A DNA stretch of 63,913 bases, counting the filler, from Octopus bimaculoides (taxonomy: Eukaryota): NCBI RefSeq assembly GCF_001194135.2. It is 5 parts of 5 records of this genome, joined end to end, with 100 filler letters (N's around TTAATTAATTAA, not from the genome) between each part and the next. Parts side by side here need not be neighbours in the genome. Positions count along the whole stretch, not along the records: positions 38,637 to 61,684 come from NC_068997.1; positions 61,785 to 63,913 come from NW_026334283.1; 3 more parts are not named here. The stretch is one strand, 5' to 3'. The notes below the pieces were generated by a model. That model saw only the letters and a program-made list of their open reading frames with translations. It was not told the origin of the DNA and ran no database searches. Below are positions 52,738 through 63,913 of this stretch, piece after piece; the stretch's first letter is position 1; each line of letters begins with the position of its first letter. A program made the translations under genes and the position numbers.

Positions 52738-53660
52738 GTAAGTAGAATGGCTTATTTACTAAGCTATAATATTCAGAAGTGATACGGCTGTGTGAATGAG
52801 TTTACAGTTGATAGGTTACAGGACTTCTCTTTTTCTTTTTACTCGTTTCCGTCATTGTGGCCATGGTGAGGCACTGCCTTGAGACAATTTTACTAAAAAC
52901 CTACTCCAGTATTTATATCTTTTGCCGAACCGCTAAGTTATGGGAACGTAAACACACCAACACCGATTGTCAAGCAGCCGTGGGGGGACAGACATGGACA
53001 CGAATACACAAATACAGATTTAAATGATGGGCTTCTTTCAGCTTCCACCTGTCAAATTCACTCACAATGCTTTGATCGGCCCAAAGGTATAGTAACCAAG
53101 ATGCCACGCAGTCTCTGTCAGGGACAAACCCTTGATATGGTGGTGCAAGTTTCGGAAGAAGATATAGAAAAGATGGTCGAGATCATCACAGTCGGAGAGA
53201 CAACATTGAAAGTCAGAGTGGAAAGGTGGATTCCGCGGTGCTATAAATGTGGTCTGAAAGGCCACATTAGAGCGGATTGACTCTGCGTAGAACCTTGGGC
53301 AAATGTCTTCTAGTGTAGCCTTGGGCCAACCAAAGCCTTGTGAGTGGATTTGGTAGACAGAAACTGAAAGAATCCCGTCGAATATATGAGTAAAATATTC
53401 AAAATGAATACTCGCAAAGATGTTATTGTTATTATCATTATTATTATTATTATTATGGTTAGCATGCCAGGCGAACTGCTTAGCGGTATTTCGTCTGCCA
53501 CTACGTTCTGAGTTCATATTCCGCCGAGGTTGACTTTGCCTTTCATCCTTCCAGAGTCAATAAATTAAGTACCAGTGAAACACTGGAGTCGATGTAATCA
53601 ACTAGGCCTTGTGCCTTCAGTAGAAAGAATTATTATTATTATTATTATTATTATTAAAAA

Positions 53661-53963
53661 GTCAAAATTAAAAGAAGAGTGCCATTTGTTATCTGGTGAA
53701 CGATATTTCGACATCTCGTGTGTCTTCAACTGGTTCAAAAAATAAATTTGTCAATCTACTTCATTTTGGTTAATATAGAAAGGATTGAGGTAACTCCTCC
53801 TGAAGATATAGAGTCAAAATTAAAAGAAGAGTGCAATTTATTTTTTGAACCAGTTGAAGACACACGAGATGTCGAAATATCGTTCACCAGATAACAAATG
53901 GCACTCTTCTTTTAATTTTGACTCTATATCTTCAGGAGGAGTTACCTCAATCCTTTCTATATT
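53661..53963. repeat. Nested perfect inverted repeats
   Basis: 53661-53748 is the reverse complement of 53835-53922, and 53772-53834 is the reverse complement of 53901-53963. Confidence 0.9.
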
Positions 53964-55986
53964 ATTATTATTATTATTATTATTATTATCATTATTATTA
54001 TTATTAGCAGCAGCAAATCTAATAATTGATAATAATAATAATAACAATAACATTAGTGGGAGCAGGCGATATTAGCATTAAACAGCTATATATTGAATTT
54101 ATAATGATATTAAAGGGTACACGAAGTAAAAATTGCAGCTTAACTACCAATTTCACTGAAAATATGTAACGGACAAACAGAAATCGGGCAAACGAGTGGA
54201 ATTTAACATATCATCTAAGCTAAAAAGCCGTAGAATAAGGTAACAGATACACCTGGATCGTGATTTCGAAATCTGACCAACGCCTCAATTCTCGTCAGCA
54301 GTTCTTGCTGTACCTAAACTGAAAAACTCATCTCGCCTCGTCGTAATCCGTTACGTCTTGAATAGTCCCGCGCCAAATTCAAAACAATTTCAAAGCATAA
54401 TACATACATACATATATATATATATAATTAACATAATATGGTAAAAATTCGATATTAATTAATATCAATTTAATACCAGGAAACTAGCACATTAAAAGAA
54501 TCAGAAGGTTCTTGAAAAAATTTTTCGAGATCCTAAAAAGATTATAGTACTTGTGTATATAATATTGACCAGTGACCGGTCTGTCAAAATGCTAGAAGAA
54601 GCTCACTTAAAAAATTCTCAAATACGGATTCAGCGGAGCAAAAACAGGCGGGCTAGACCAGTGAAAATTGTACATACCTCGATTATCTGCAGACTATAGT
54701 TTCAAANNNNNNNNNNNNNNNNNNNNNNNNNNNNNNNNNNNNNNNNNNNNNNNNNNNNNNNNNNNNNNNNNNNNNNNNNNNNNNNNNNNNNNNNNNNNNN
54801 NNNNNNNNNNNNNNNNNNNNNNNNNNNNNNNNNNNNNNNNNNNNNNNNNNNNNNNNNNNNNNNNNNNNNNNNNNNNNNNNNNNNNNNNNNNNNNNNNNNN
54901 NNNNNNNNNNNNNNNNNNNNNNNNNNNNNNNNNNNNNNNNNNNNNNNNNNNNNNNNNNNNNNNNNNNNNNNNNNNNNNNNNNNNNNNNNNNNNNNNNNNN
55001 NNNNNNNNNNNNNNNNNNNNNNNNNNNNNNNNNNNNNNNNNNNNNNNNNNNNNNNNNNNNNNNNNNNNNNNNNNNNNNNNNNNNNNNNNNNNNNNNNNNN
55101 NNNNNNNNNNNNNNNNNNNNNNNNNNNNNNNNNNNNNNNNNNNNNNNNNNNNNNNNNNNNNNNNNNNNNNNNNNNNNNNNNNNNNNNNNNNNNNNNNNNN
55201 NNNNNNNNNNNNNNNNNNNNNNNNNNNNNNNNNNNNNNNNNNNNNNNNNNNNNNNNNNNNNNNNNNNNNNNNNNNNNNNNNNNNNNNNNNNNNNNNNNNN
55301 NNNNNNNNNNNNNNNNNNNNNNNNNNNNNNNNNNNNNNNNNNNNNNNNNNNNNNNNNNNNNNNNNNNNNNNNNNNNNNNNNNNNNNNNNNNNNNNNNNNN
55401 NNNNNNNNNNNNNNNNNNNNNNNNNNNNNNNNNNNNNNNNNNNNNNNNNNNNNNNNNNNNNNNNNNNNNNNNNNAAGGATGTTTTGCCTCGTGACTGGCA
55501 CGCACTGATTAGATTTTGGGACCTGTTTTTTTATTACCCATGCGGGTTAACATAGAGGTGACAAAACAAAACATGTGGGGCATAAAACATATATTTAAAA
55601 AAATAGAAATGAATGTTATAATGTATGAAGACATGAATATGAAAAATGGAAATGGAACCACTCGTCCCACTTCCGAGTGGCCTTATTTTCTACTTTTTAA
55701 ATCCTGAACCTTCCAACACATCGATACCTGTTTCCTCCAACCACCCATCGTAAGTTGTAAAGCCTGGGAATGAGCTCCAGCTGCAGTTCACCTCCCAAAA
55801 ACAAAATCAAACCATATATTCTTGTATTTTTCCCTCCTGCTTCTTGTCTGGTATTACGCACAAGTGGTGTTCCCCCACGTTATCATACCCCGCAGTTCCA
55901 ATACACTTTATGTCCTATTCCGCCGAATCCCTTAACAGTTCGTCGCTAAGCAACATGTAAATCCTACACTTTTTCCGTCTCTTTTT

Positions 55987-56750
55987 TTATTTGGGGGAGG
56001 GGTTTTGGGTTTCTTTGTATGTGTTTGCCTCTTGTTTTTGTGTCGGATGGAAATGGATATGCCTAGTGTCTGCAGGGAGTGGGTGGGTCTGAGAGGCCGT
56101 GGGTGGGATGGGTGTGGAATGGGGTTTACAGTTTAGTTCACTTGCCTTTTTTCGTTTTCTTCCTGTCACATTTTCCCATTTATTTTTCTCTATTTCCGCT
56201 ACTTCCTTTTCTTTTTCGGTTACTTCCTTTCCGCGGCTCTCTTCTATCTTCTCTTCCATATTTTCTTGTCGCTTTTCCTCTGGTTTTCTTGGCTTTGATG
56301 TCATTCTGCTCTTATGTGTCCCTTCAGGCCACATGTAAAGCAGCGTGGAACTCTTCCTTCCACCCTGACAGTCATAATTTTTTCTTCCATAATTATTGTT
56401 TCCATAATCTTTTCCATCGTTTCTTTTGAACTCTGGACTATCATCTCCAGTGATTGACCTCTCCAGTTGACGCACTCTTTTTTCTTGGCCTGGAGCACCA
56501 CTATGTTGTCCTCATTACCAAAGAGGACCGCATCTGCCACCCAGGTCACATCAATCTCCGGTAAGATTCCTTCGACTGTGACCCTTGTTGCTCTCATGCC
56601 TCTATGCGTGGGCAACAGCACCACTTCTTCGCTCCGAATTGTCAGGGTGGTTGGTGGTTGGTGGAAGCTATTCTGGCTGCCACCGAGGAGAGTCCCGAAT
56701 TGGGACCAGTAGGAAGAACGAGCATGTTAAACTGATGGGGATGCGGTGTT
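55987..56750 (-). mobile_element. LINE ORF1 (gag-like CCHC knuckle) remnant, L1/Tx1-like
   Basis: VTVEGILPEIDVTW...VRVEGRVPRCFTCGLKGHIRAE, then a 1-nt frameshift into a K/E-rich tail. A homologous fragment lies at 53113-53283 (+). Confidence 0.7.
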
Positions 56751-57297
56751 GAGATGTGGCTTATTATATCAGCGACAAATCTAAATAATTGATAATTATA
56801 ATAACAATAACGTTTGTGGTAGCAAGCGATATTAGCATTAAACAGCTATACATTAAATTAATAATTGTATTATATATAATTATATATATGGAGTGGCTGT
56901 GTAGTAAGTAGCTTGCTTACCAACCAGAGATGAATTATTCAAACTCCAAAGAATTCCTCTCAACACATGGCTATCTGCTCATGATCAGAGATGCACATAT
57001 CGTCAGCCGCCAAGGGACATGCTCAACTGATTAAGGTCAAGCAAATGACAAGGAAATCTGTGGTATTGAGCAGAATATTTGCTGTAGCCCATCTTTTATA
57101 CCAAGACAAAACATGTACATGATAACACTTCCAATCAGTTAAGATGAGAAGCCATGAGAGCTACTGTCTGATTCTGCATCAGTTTATTTTTGAACCTGTG
57201 GAAGATACACGAGATGTCGAAATATTTTTCATTTGATAAGAGTCGCACTCTTCTTTATTGTTTCTTATTACGGTTTCTTCTTCTTCTTCTTCTTCTT

Positions 57298-57393
<96 letters not shown>

Positions 57394-59098
57394 NNNNNNN
57401 NNNNNNNNNNNNNNNNNNNNNNNNNNNNNNNNNNNNNNNNNNNNNNNNNNNNNNNNNNNNNNNNNNNNNNNNNNNNNNNNNNNNNNNNNNNNNNNNNNNN
57501 NNNNNNNNNNNNNNNNNNNNNNNNNNNNNNNNNNNNNNNNNNNNNNNNNNNNNNNNNNNNNNNNNNNNNNNNNNNNNNNNNNNNNNNNNNNNNNNNNNNN
57601 NNNNNNNNNNNNNNNNNNNNNNNNNNNNNNNNNNNNNNNNNNNNNNNNNNNNNNNNNNNNNNNNNNNNNNNNNNNNNNNNNNNNNNNNNNNNNNNNNNNN
57701 NNNNNNNNNNNNNNNNNNNNNNNNNNNNNNNNNNNNNNNNNNNNNNNNNNNNNNNNNNNNNNNNNNNNNNNNNNNNNNNNNNNNNNNNNNNNNNNNNNNN
57801 NNNNNNNNNNNNNNNNNNNNNNNNNNNNNNNNNNNNNNNNNNNNNNNNNNNNNNNNNNNNNNNNNNNNNNNNNNNNNNNNNNNNNNNNNNNNNNNNNNNN
57901 NNNNNNNNNNNNNNNNNNNNNNNNNNNNNNNNNNNNNNNNNNNNNNNNNNNNNNNNNNNNNNNNNNNNNNNNNNNNNNNNNNNNNNNNNTTAAGGCGGTG
58001 ACCTTATAGGATCCTTTGCACGCCAGGCAAAATGTTTAGCGGAATTGCGTCCGTCCTTATGTTCTGAATTCAAATTCCGCCGGGTTGACTTTGTCTTTCA
58101 TCCATTCGGAGTGAAGTAACTAGTATGTTTCAGTTTGGTTCTGAGGTCGATGTAATCGACTTACCTCCTCCTCCTCCTCCTAAATTTTTGGCCTCGCGCC
58201 AAAATTTGAATGCATTATTATTGTCGTTGTTTTTGTTGTTGTTGATGATGATGATATTATTACTATCATTATTAAGGCTTTGAGCAAGCAAAATCGTTAG
58301 CACGCCGGGCAAGATGCTTAGCGGCATTTCGTCCATCTTTACTTTCTGAGTTCAAATTCATCCGAGGTCAACTTTGCTTTTCATCCCTTGGGGTCGATGA
58401 AATAACCACCAATTACGCACTGGGATCGATGTAATCGACCAGCCTCCTCCCTCAAAATTTCAGGCCTTATGCCTGCAGTAGGGAAGATTATTACTGCTGT
58501 TGTTGTTTATCACCAATGCCGGCCATGTTTTGAAACTCCGAAAGTCTGCGCTTTGCTTTCCTTATTAGAAGTTGAATGTTATTAATTTTATTGCTGTATG
58601 TTACTTGCAAGTTGATCTGAACCATATTGGTCTCATCAACTATTTGATATGCTTGACCTACGGGCAAACAAATTGGAAGAGAAAAGTGTTTCTTCTCGTG
58701 ACATTGGAAAATTTTCAATATTGAGTCGTCTTCATCATCGAACCCAGATAAGAGAAAGGTGGAAGGAAATTTCTTTTTCGCCGTCATTTTCTCCCACAGA
58801 ATTTTACAAACACAAATAAAGTAGTAGCAAGAACAACAACAGCAGCAGTAGCGACTGCAGCTTGAAAAATGAAATATCGAGAAATGAAGCTCAAAAATTT
58901 ACCTACGGCAGCAGTGTGATTATGAAGTCAGCTTGGTAGCAAGGTCATCTGCTCTACGACATTAAGTCACTGGATGTAGATATGGTCGCCATCAGTGAGA
59001 CCAGAGTTTCCGATTCTCAAGCTTCTATACCCATCCTCAGTGTTACTGCTGCCTCTCCAAACATAAATTTTCTCAGTTACATGATTCGTCCAGAGATT

Positions 59099-61684
59099 TC
59101 TGATATTGTCAGTAATGTTGAAAGCAGGCAATTACCAACCAAGCTATCCAATGTCCAGACACTTCAACATGTAAAGACCTCTTAAGTATAAAATCAATCA
59201 CAATAATGAAGAGGAAATGAAATAAAATGCTGCTTTATCTCATGATATTTCAGTCGTTTTATTGGTTGATTTTAGGCCGCAGCCTAAGTTTTATATTGTG
59301 ATATAAGTATGTTGGTTATAACACAAAGGAAATTCTCTTGTAACTAAATATTTCCTGCTTGGACAAGTGTTGAATATTATCAAAGGACATTTTCTTCAGT
59401 TAGCACCATTAATGATTATTTTCCTATGATCAGTTGTTAGGCAACATAAAATCTATTATTCCAAGCTTATTTATTTTTCGCAGATACAAAACTCTCACTA
59501 GAATCCAAAATGTACTGTTTTTATTACAGTTATATGACTGTTTGGTATAATCTGTAAATAAAAACTTCTTCACTGAACATTAAAACGGTCAACAAGAGAA
59601 TCATCATGAGATAGCTCGATTTGCTAGTAATAACAGCCAAATGTCCTTGAGTCGCACCTTATTATCTTAAAACAACGAAAACATTGACAAAGTAATCTTT
59701 GATGTACAGACTGTCGAGATAATCACGTCTGGAATGCTTTTTATTATATATCAAATGTCCCTTGTCATCTTCATGAGGTTCAGCCAGCTGCTATTAACCT
59801 TCACCATTTGTCCCAATGTCTTCCTTGTTCTTCTTCGGTCGTAGATTCCTTCTACTTGGCTCACCACTTCTTTATCCAATTCTCAACATTCATACATACG
59901 CATCACAAACCCGTACCAGCTTAGTCTTATTTCTTAAGCACAATACCTGATGGTTCTTAAACTTAGTTTTTATTTCGGCTCATTTATGTTTCATCATTCA
60001 ATAAGCCTAAAATAATACTCACTAAAACCCTGGAGCCCTTCATTATCCAGGTTGATCTCTAATTAGTTATGTTTTTATCATCAGGTATGAAACAGTTGGG
60101 ACAGTGTAGAAAACTATTTCCGTTGATTTCAAAGTGAAAACACAATTTTCGAAACTAGTTAGATCTTTCAGATTAGGAATCATAATTTCTCATTTGAGAA
60201 AGATCTAGAAAATTGCGTGCCTTCTCTCATTTGGGAGGGGCTTGGCTCACTAATATGTTTGTGGACAAATAAAAAGATAAAATACTTTAAACACATTACT
60301 GTTCTTCAACTTCTAGTCAGGCCTAATCGGGCGGGTCCTTGATTAGATGCCTTCTAACCATAACCATCCGGAGCTTCATAATCAGTTAAAGAAATTATTA
60401 TTAAAGAAATTATTATTGTGTCCTAACCACAAAATCATACTCCTTCACACGACTTGGATAATATACATAACTTTGCGTCAATAAGATCATACACGAATAT
60501 GGAAATATTTGTTGTTGAACGATGTTTATCAAAAACAAAAGCAGCGGCGACAGAGACTTTGAAACAGCTTGCTGCCAGATGCTGGAAGGACTGATCATCG
60601 TATCAGGACCTTCCTCTTGACAGCTTTACAGCGCACCAAACAGCTCACTGGGGTGACGCTCCAACTGCATGATGAAACTCTTCAGCCAGGTTTCATCATT
60701 ACTTTTCAGCCATATCCAATGGCTATCTGGCTGGCTGACTGGCTGGCGCACTCAACTGTCACCTGGACCTCCGTCAAGATGGTGTTTGCTTGTCGGTGTT
60801 GGACACCAATTGATAGCAGTCACCGTCTCAGTCTAGTCCAAGTAAAACCTCCGAATTCAACTTATTCAAGAAAGTGTACTGCACCCCAATTAACATCTAT
60901 ATAGTCTTCCTGTAGCATTTCGTAACACTCGTCTTTCCTAACCACGGCTTGCTCGTGAAATTAACGTGCAAGTGGCGGAAATATAGTCATAGCAGATATT
61001 CTGCTCAATCCCACAGATTTGTTTGTCAGTTGTTTGACCTTAACCACTTGAGCATGTCCCTTGGTTATTGAAAATATGTGTATCTCTGATCATGAGCAAG
61101 TGTGGTGGAAGAGCATTATAGCGATGTGTTGAGAGGGATACTTTGGGGTTTCAATAAACGTAACAAAAACAAAATTTGATGGAAATATTAGTCATTTTTC
61201 ATACTTTCTTGGGGTAAGCAAATAGGAAGTAACAGTTGCTACCCAAGGACAGAAATCGTGTTACACAGTGTTATCTTATGCTCCTCACACGATATCGTCA
61301 TATCCGGTTTCTTCCTGAAATGAGTCGATATACCAGAGTTCCGATTAATTATAACTGGAAATAAGTAGTAATGGGGTGAGGGGTGACAGTAGTCTGGTCT
61401 TTAGCAGATAGTGTGACATAGAAAGGGCACAACAGTTTCAAAATGCAAGTGGATACCGGTAGCGAATTAATCTTAATATTCTAAGTAACTTTCAAATACT
61501 TATTAGTAAACCAAAACGTCTTGAAAGTCATCAACATCTTCGCAAATTTTATGGTTCAACAGTGAAGCCATAAGACTTTTTTTTTTAAGTCTCTTGGAAC
61601 AGGCTTCCGTTTTCATATATCTGTAGTCGTCGTAGATTTAATAAAAACTACGATCTTGTTGAAACTAGTGTGTGTGTGTGTGTG
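59099..61684. repeat. Segmental duplication copy 2
   Basis: Same three blocks as copy 1 with different intervening insertions; ends in (TG)n at a linker gap. Confidence 0.93.
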
Positions 61685-62289
61685 NNNNNNNNNNNNNNNN
61701 NNNNNNNNNNNNNNNNNNNNNNNNNNNNTTAATTAATTAANNNNNNNNNNNNNNNNNNNNNNNNNNNNNNNNNNNNNNNNNNNNGTCTGTCTGTTGCTCA
61801 TCTAGTTCTGGTAATGACATTATCAGCTTCCAGTAGAGGGAGCCACTGTTTTGACCTGAAAACAAACAAGAAAAATTGAGATCAAAAGTTACAAACATTA
61901 TAAATAAATATCAGAAAACAGGTGAAGGTGTGGTAAGAAGTTTGTTTGCCAACCATATGGTTCCAGCTTCAGTTCCACACCATGGCATCTTTAGCCTAGA
62001 CCAAGGATTTGCGAGTGGATCTGATTGGTAGAAACGGAAAGAAGTCCATCTCTCCCTTGGCCAGGTAACCATGTCCCCACCTCTACAGCAACACACCTGT
62101 TTCTGCCTCTCTTATGTCTTTATTGCCCACAAGGGGCTAAACATAGAGGGGACAAAAAGGACAGACAAAGGGATTAAGTCGATTACATCAACCCCAGTGC
62201 ACAACCAGTACTTAATTTATCGACCCCGAAAGGATGAAAGGCAAAGTCGACCTCAGAGGAATTTGAACTCAGAACGTAACAACAGACGA

Positions 62290-62960
62290 AACTGAATAAA
62301 AAAAGAACAGGTCAGTTACAGGTGGAAAGCCTCTGGTCATAAGATCTGGATTGACCAGAACAACAATAACACTGACCCACCCCCACCGGATGAGAAAAAA
62401 GGATGGACAGTGTAGAGGAATCTTACCTGAACGTATCTGTGTGTCGTAACTGCTGGTGCTGAGAAGGTTTGGCCCAACCGTTGCTGCTAAATCGAGCGGG
62501 TACCAAGCCTTCTGCTGTATCAGGTGACGCCTCATGTGGCAGAGGGTCAGGGCCAAGGGTAGATAGTCGTCCCGCCGGCTGATGGCGACGGGGGTCTCCA
62601 TGGAGAAGTGAGCGGTTTGGTTGATTCCCATGACCAGCGTGTCCCCTACCACACCTTCATGTTCCTTCCCACAGAGTGTCTTCAGCTGCTTATCAAGTGG
62701 AGCCAGTGACGGCCATGAAGGGACATTGTCATATCGCGCTCATGTTGGCGCTGCAATTGTCTCTGCTTCCAACATTCCAGGATTTTATTCATCTTGTAGA
62801 GTCGCACACAATGCTCAGCCTTGCGCAGGGCCTCCAGGCGCAGCTCAACATCGTTTCTGCAGAAAGCACGGCCCTCCGTCACGCACAGTTCACCAACCAC
62901 TTCAGTCACGATTTCTTCTGTTGCTCTCTAGCAACATTCTCCCACAAGTCAATCATGGAA
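62290..62960 (-). mobile_element. Probable Tx1/L1-like ORF2 3' remnant
   Basis: GC-rich with overlapping broken ORFs (ILECWKQ..., PLDLAATVGPNL..., PLHCPSF); no intact motif. Confidence 0.45.
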
Positions 62961-63039
62961 CTCCTTTTGAATGTCACTAGAATAACAGAAAAATTAATAA
63001 CAACAACAACAATAATAATAATAATAATAATAATAGTAA

Positions 63040-63223
63040 AACATACAATACAAACTGAGAGAAAAATTGACTCCAATCAACCAGACATTGTGATCAAAGA
63101 ATACAGAGGAACTTGTCTGTCCGTCCCACAAGATCAAAATGTCTCAAGAAAGGAATACGAAAAGCTTTCTCGTTCTAAAAATCTGAAAATAGAAATCACA
63201 AAAATGTGGAAGCTGAGAACTAC
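63040..63223 (+). mobile_element. Dong/R4-like RLE fragment
   Basis: IQTERKIDSNQPDIVIKE...SVPQDQNVSRKEYEKLSRSKNLKIEITKMWKLRT. Confidence 0.8.
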
Positions 63224-63913
63224 GCGCGGAATTCGAACGTACGTGCGTCCTTTCGGCCTCATTCTACACAGTTCGAGCGGAATTCAAACGTACGTGCGTC
63301 CGGTCAGGCTACATCTGCACCGTTCGAGCGGAATTCGAATGTACGAGCGTCCTTTCGACCTCCCCCTGCTCCGTTCGAGGGGAATTCCAAAGTACATTCG
63401 TCCGTTTGGCCTCCCTCTGCACCGTTTGAGCGAAATTCGAACGTATGTGCCTCCGATCGGCCTCCGTCTGCACAGTTCGAGCGGAATTCGAATGTACGAG
63501 CGTCCGTTCGGCCTCCCTCTGCACCGTTCGAGCGGAATTCAAACGTACATTCGTCCGTTTGGCCTCCCTCTGCACCGTTTGAGCGAAATTCGAACGTATG
63601 TGCCTCCGATCGGCCTCCGTCTGCACAGTTCGAGCGGAATTCGAACGGACGAGCGACCGTTCGGCCTCCCTCTGCACCGTTCGAGATGAATTCGAACGTA
63701 CGTGCGTTGGTTCGGCCTCTCACTGCACGCTTCGAGTGGAATTCGAACGTACATGCGTACGTTCGGCCTCCCTTTGCACGGTTCTAGCGGTATTCGAACG
63801 GTACGTTCGACCGTTCGGCCTCCCTCTGCACCGTTCGGCCTCCCTCTGCACGCTTCGAGCGGAATCCAAACATACATGCGTTCGTTCGGCATCCCTAGGC
63901 AATGTTCGAGCGG
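63224..63913. repeat. 51-bp CpG-rich minisatellite, running off the window end
   Basis: Unit gttcgagcggaattcgaatgtacgagcgtccgttcggcctccctctgcacc (63475, 63526). Period 51 = 17 codons, which gives repetitive ORFs. Confidence 0.95.

Noticed and set aside
53270-56310. Both gag-knuckle copies show TGA exactly where the last Cys of CX2CX4HX4C should be, which suggested selenocysteine or readthrough
   Set aside because: At ~56301 a 1-nt deletion (TGT ACA to TGA CA) explains it, and the K/E tail continues in the shifted frame. At ~53280 the TGA is created by the junction with the SINE.
62676-63689. 337-aa ORF, and other long ORFs over N runs or microsatellites
   Set aside because: This ORF is a chimera of antisense LINE, (ATA)n, RLE fragment and a 51-bp repeat. 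ORFs crossing N gaps or (CA)n, (AAT)n and (CAT)n tracts are artefacts.

Overview
Repeat-rich, intron-containing animal genomic DNA from a gapped draft assembly. An octopod cephalopod is my inference from the SINE, RTE and Penelope families; it is not proven. I assembled three spliced genes from splice sites and frame phases. (1) RPP40 (RNase P/MRP p40), + strand: six exons at 1263-12494, with exon 1 upstream of the window. (2) A partial SRCR-like + MAM-domain gene, - strand: exons at 26752-23548, with the MAM domain apparently truncated. (3) A gene encoding two tandem thyroglobulin type-1 domains (thyropin-like), + strand: exons 48331-48424, 51339-51418 and 52552-52737, almost invisible in the ORF track. 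The ~2 kb upstream of gene 3 is duplicated ~13.3 kb downstream, which suggests a tandem paralog. The remainder is tRNA-derived and RTE-tailed SINEs, fragments of RTE, Dong/R4-like, Tx1-like and Penelope retroelements, a mariner end, a hAT MITE, a non-autonomous Helitron, two CpG-rich minisatellites (62 and 51 bp), microsatellites and N gaps. Notable structures are two long foldbacks flanking one RPP40 exon and a degenerate hammerhead ribozyme at a Penelope end. No database search was run; family calls rest on recognised motifs, and repeat boundaries are approximate.
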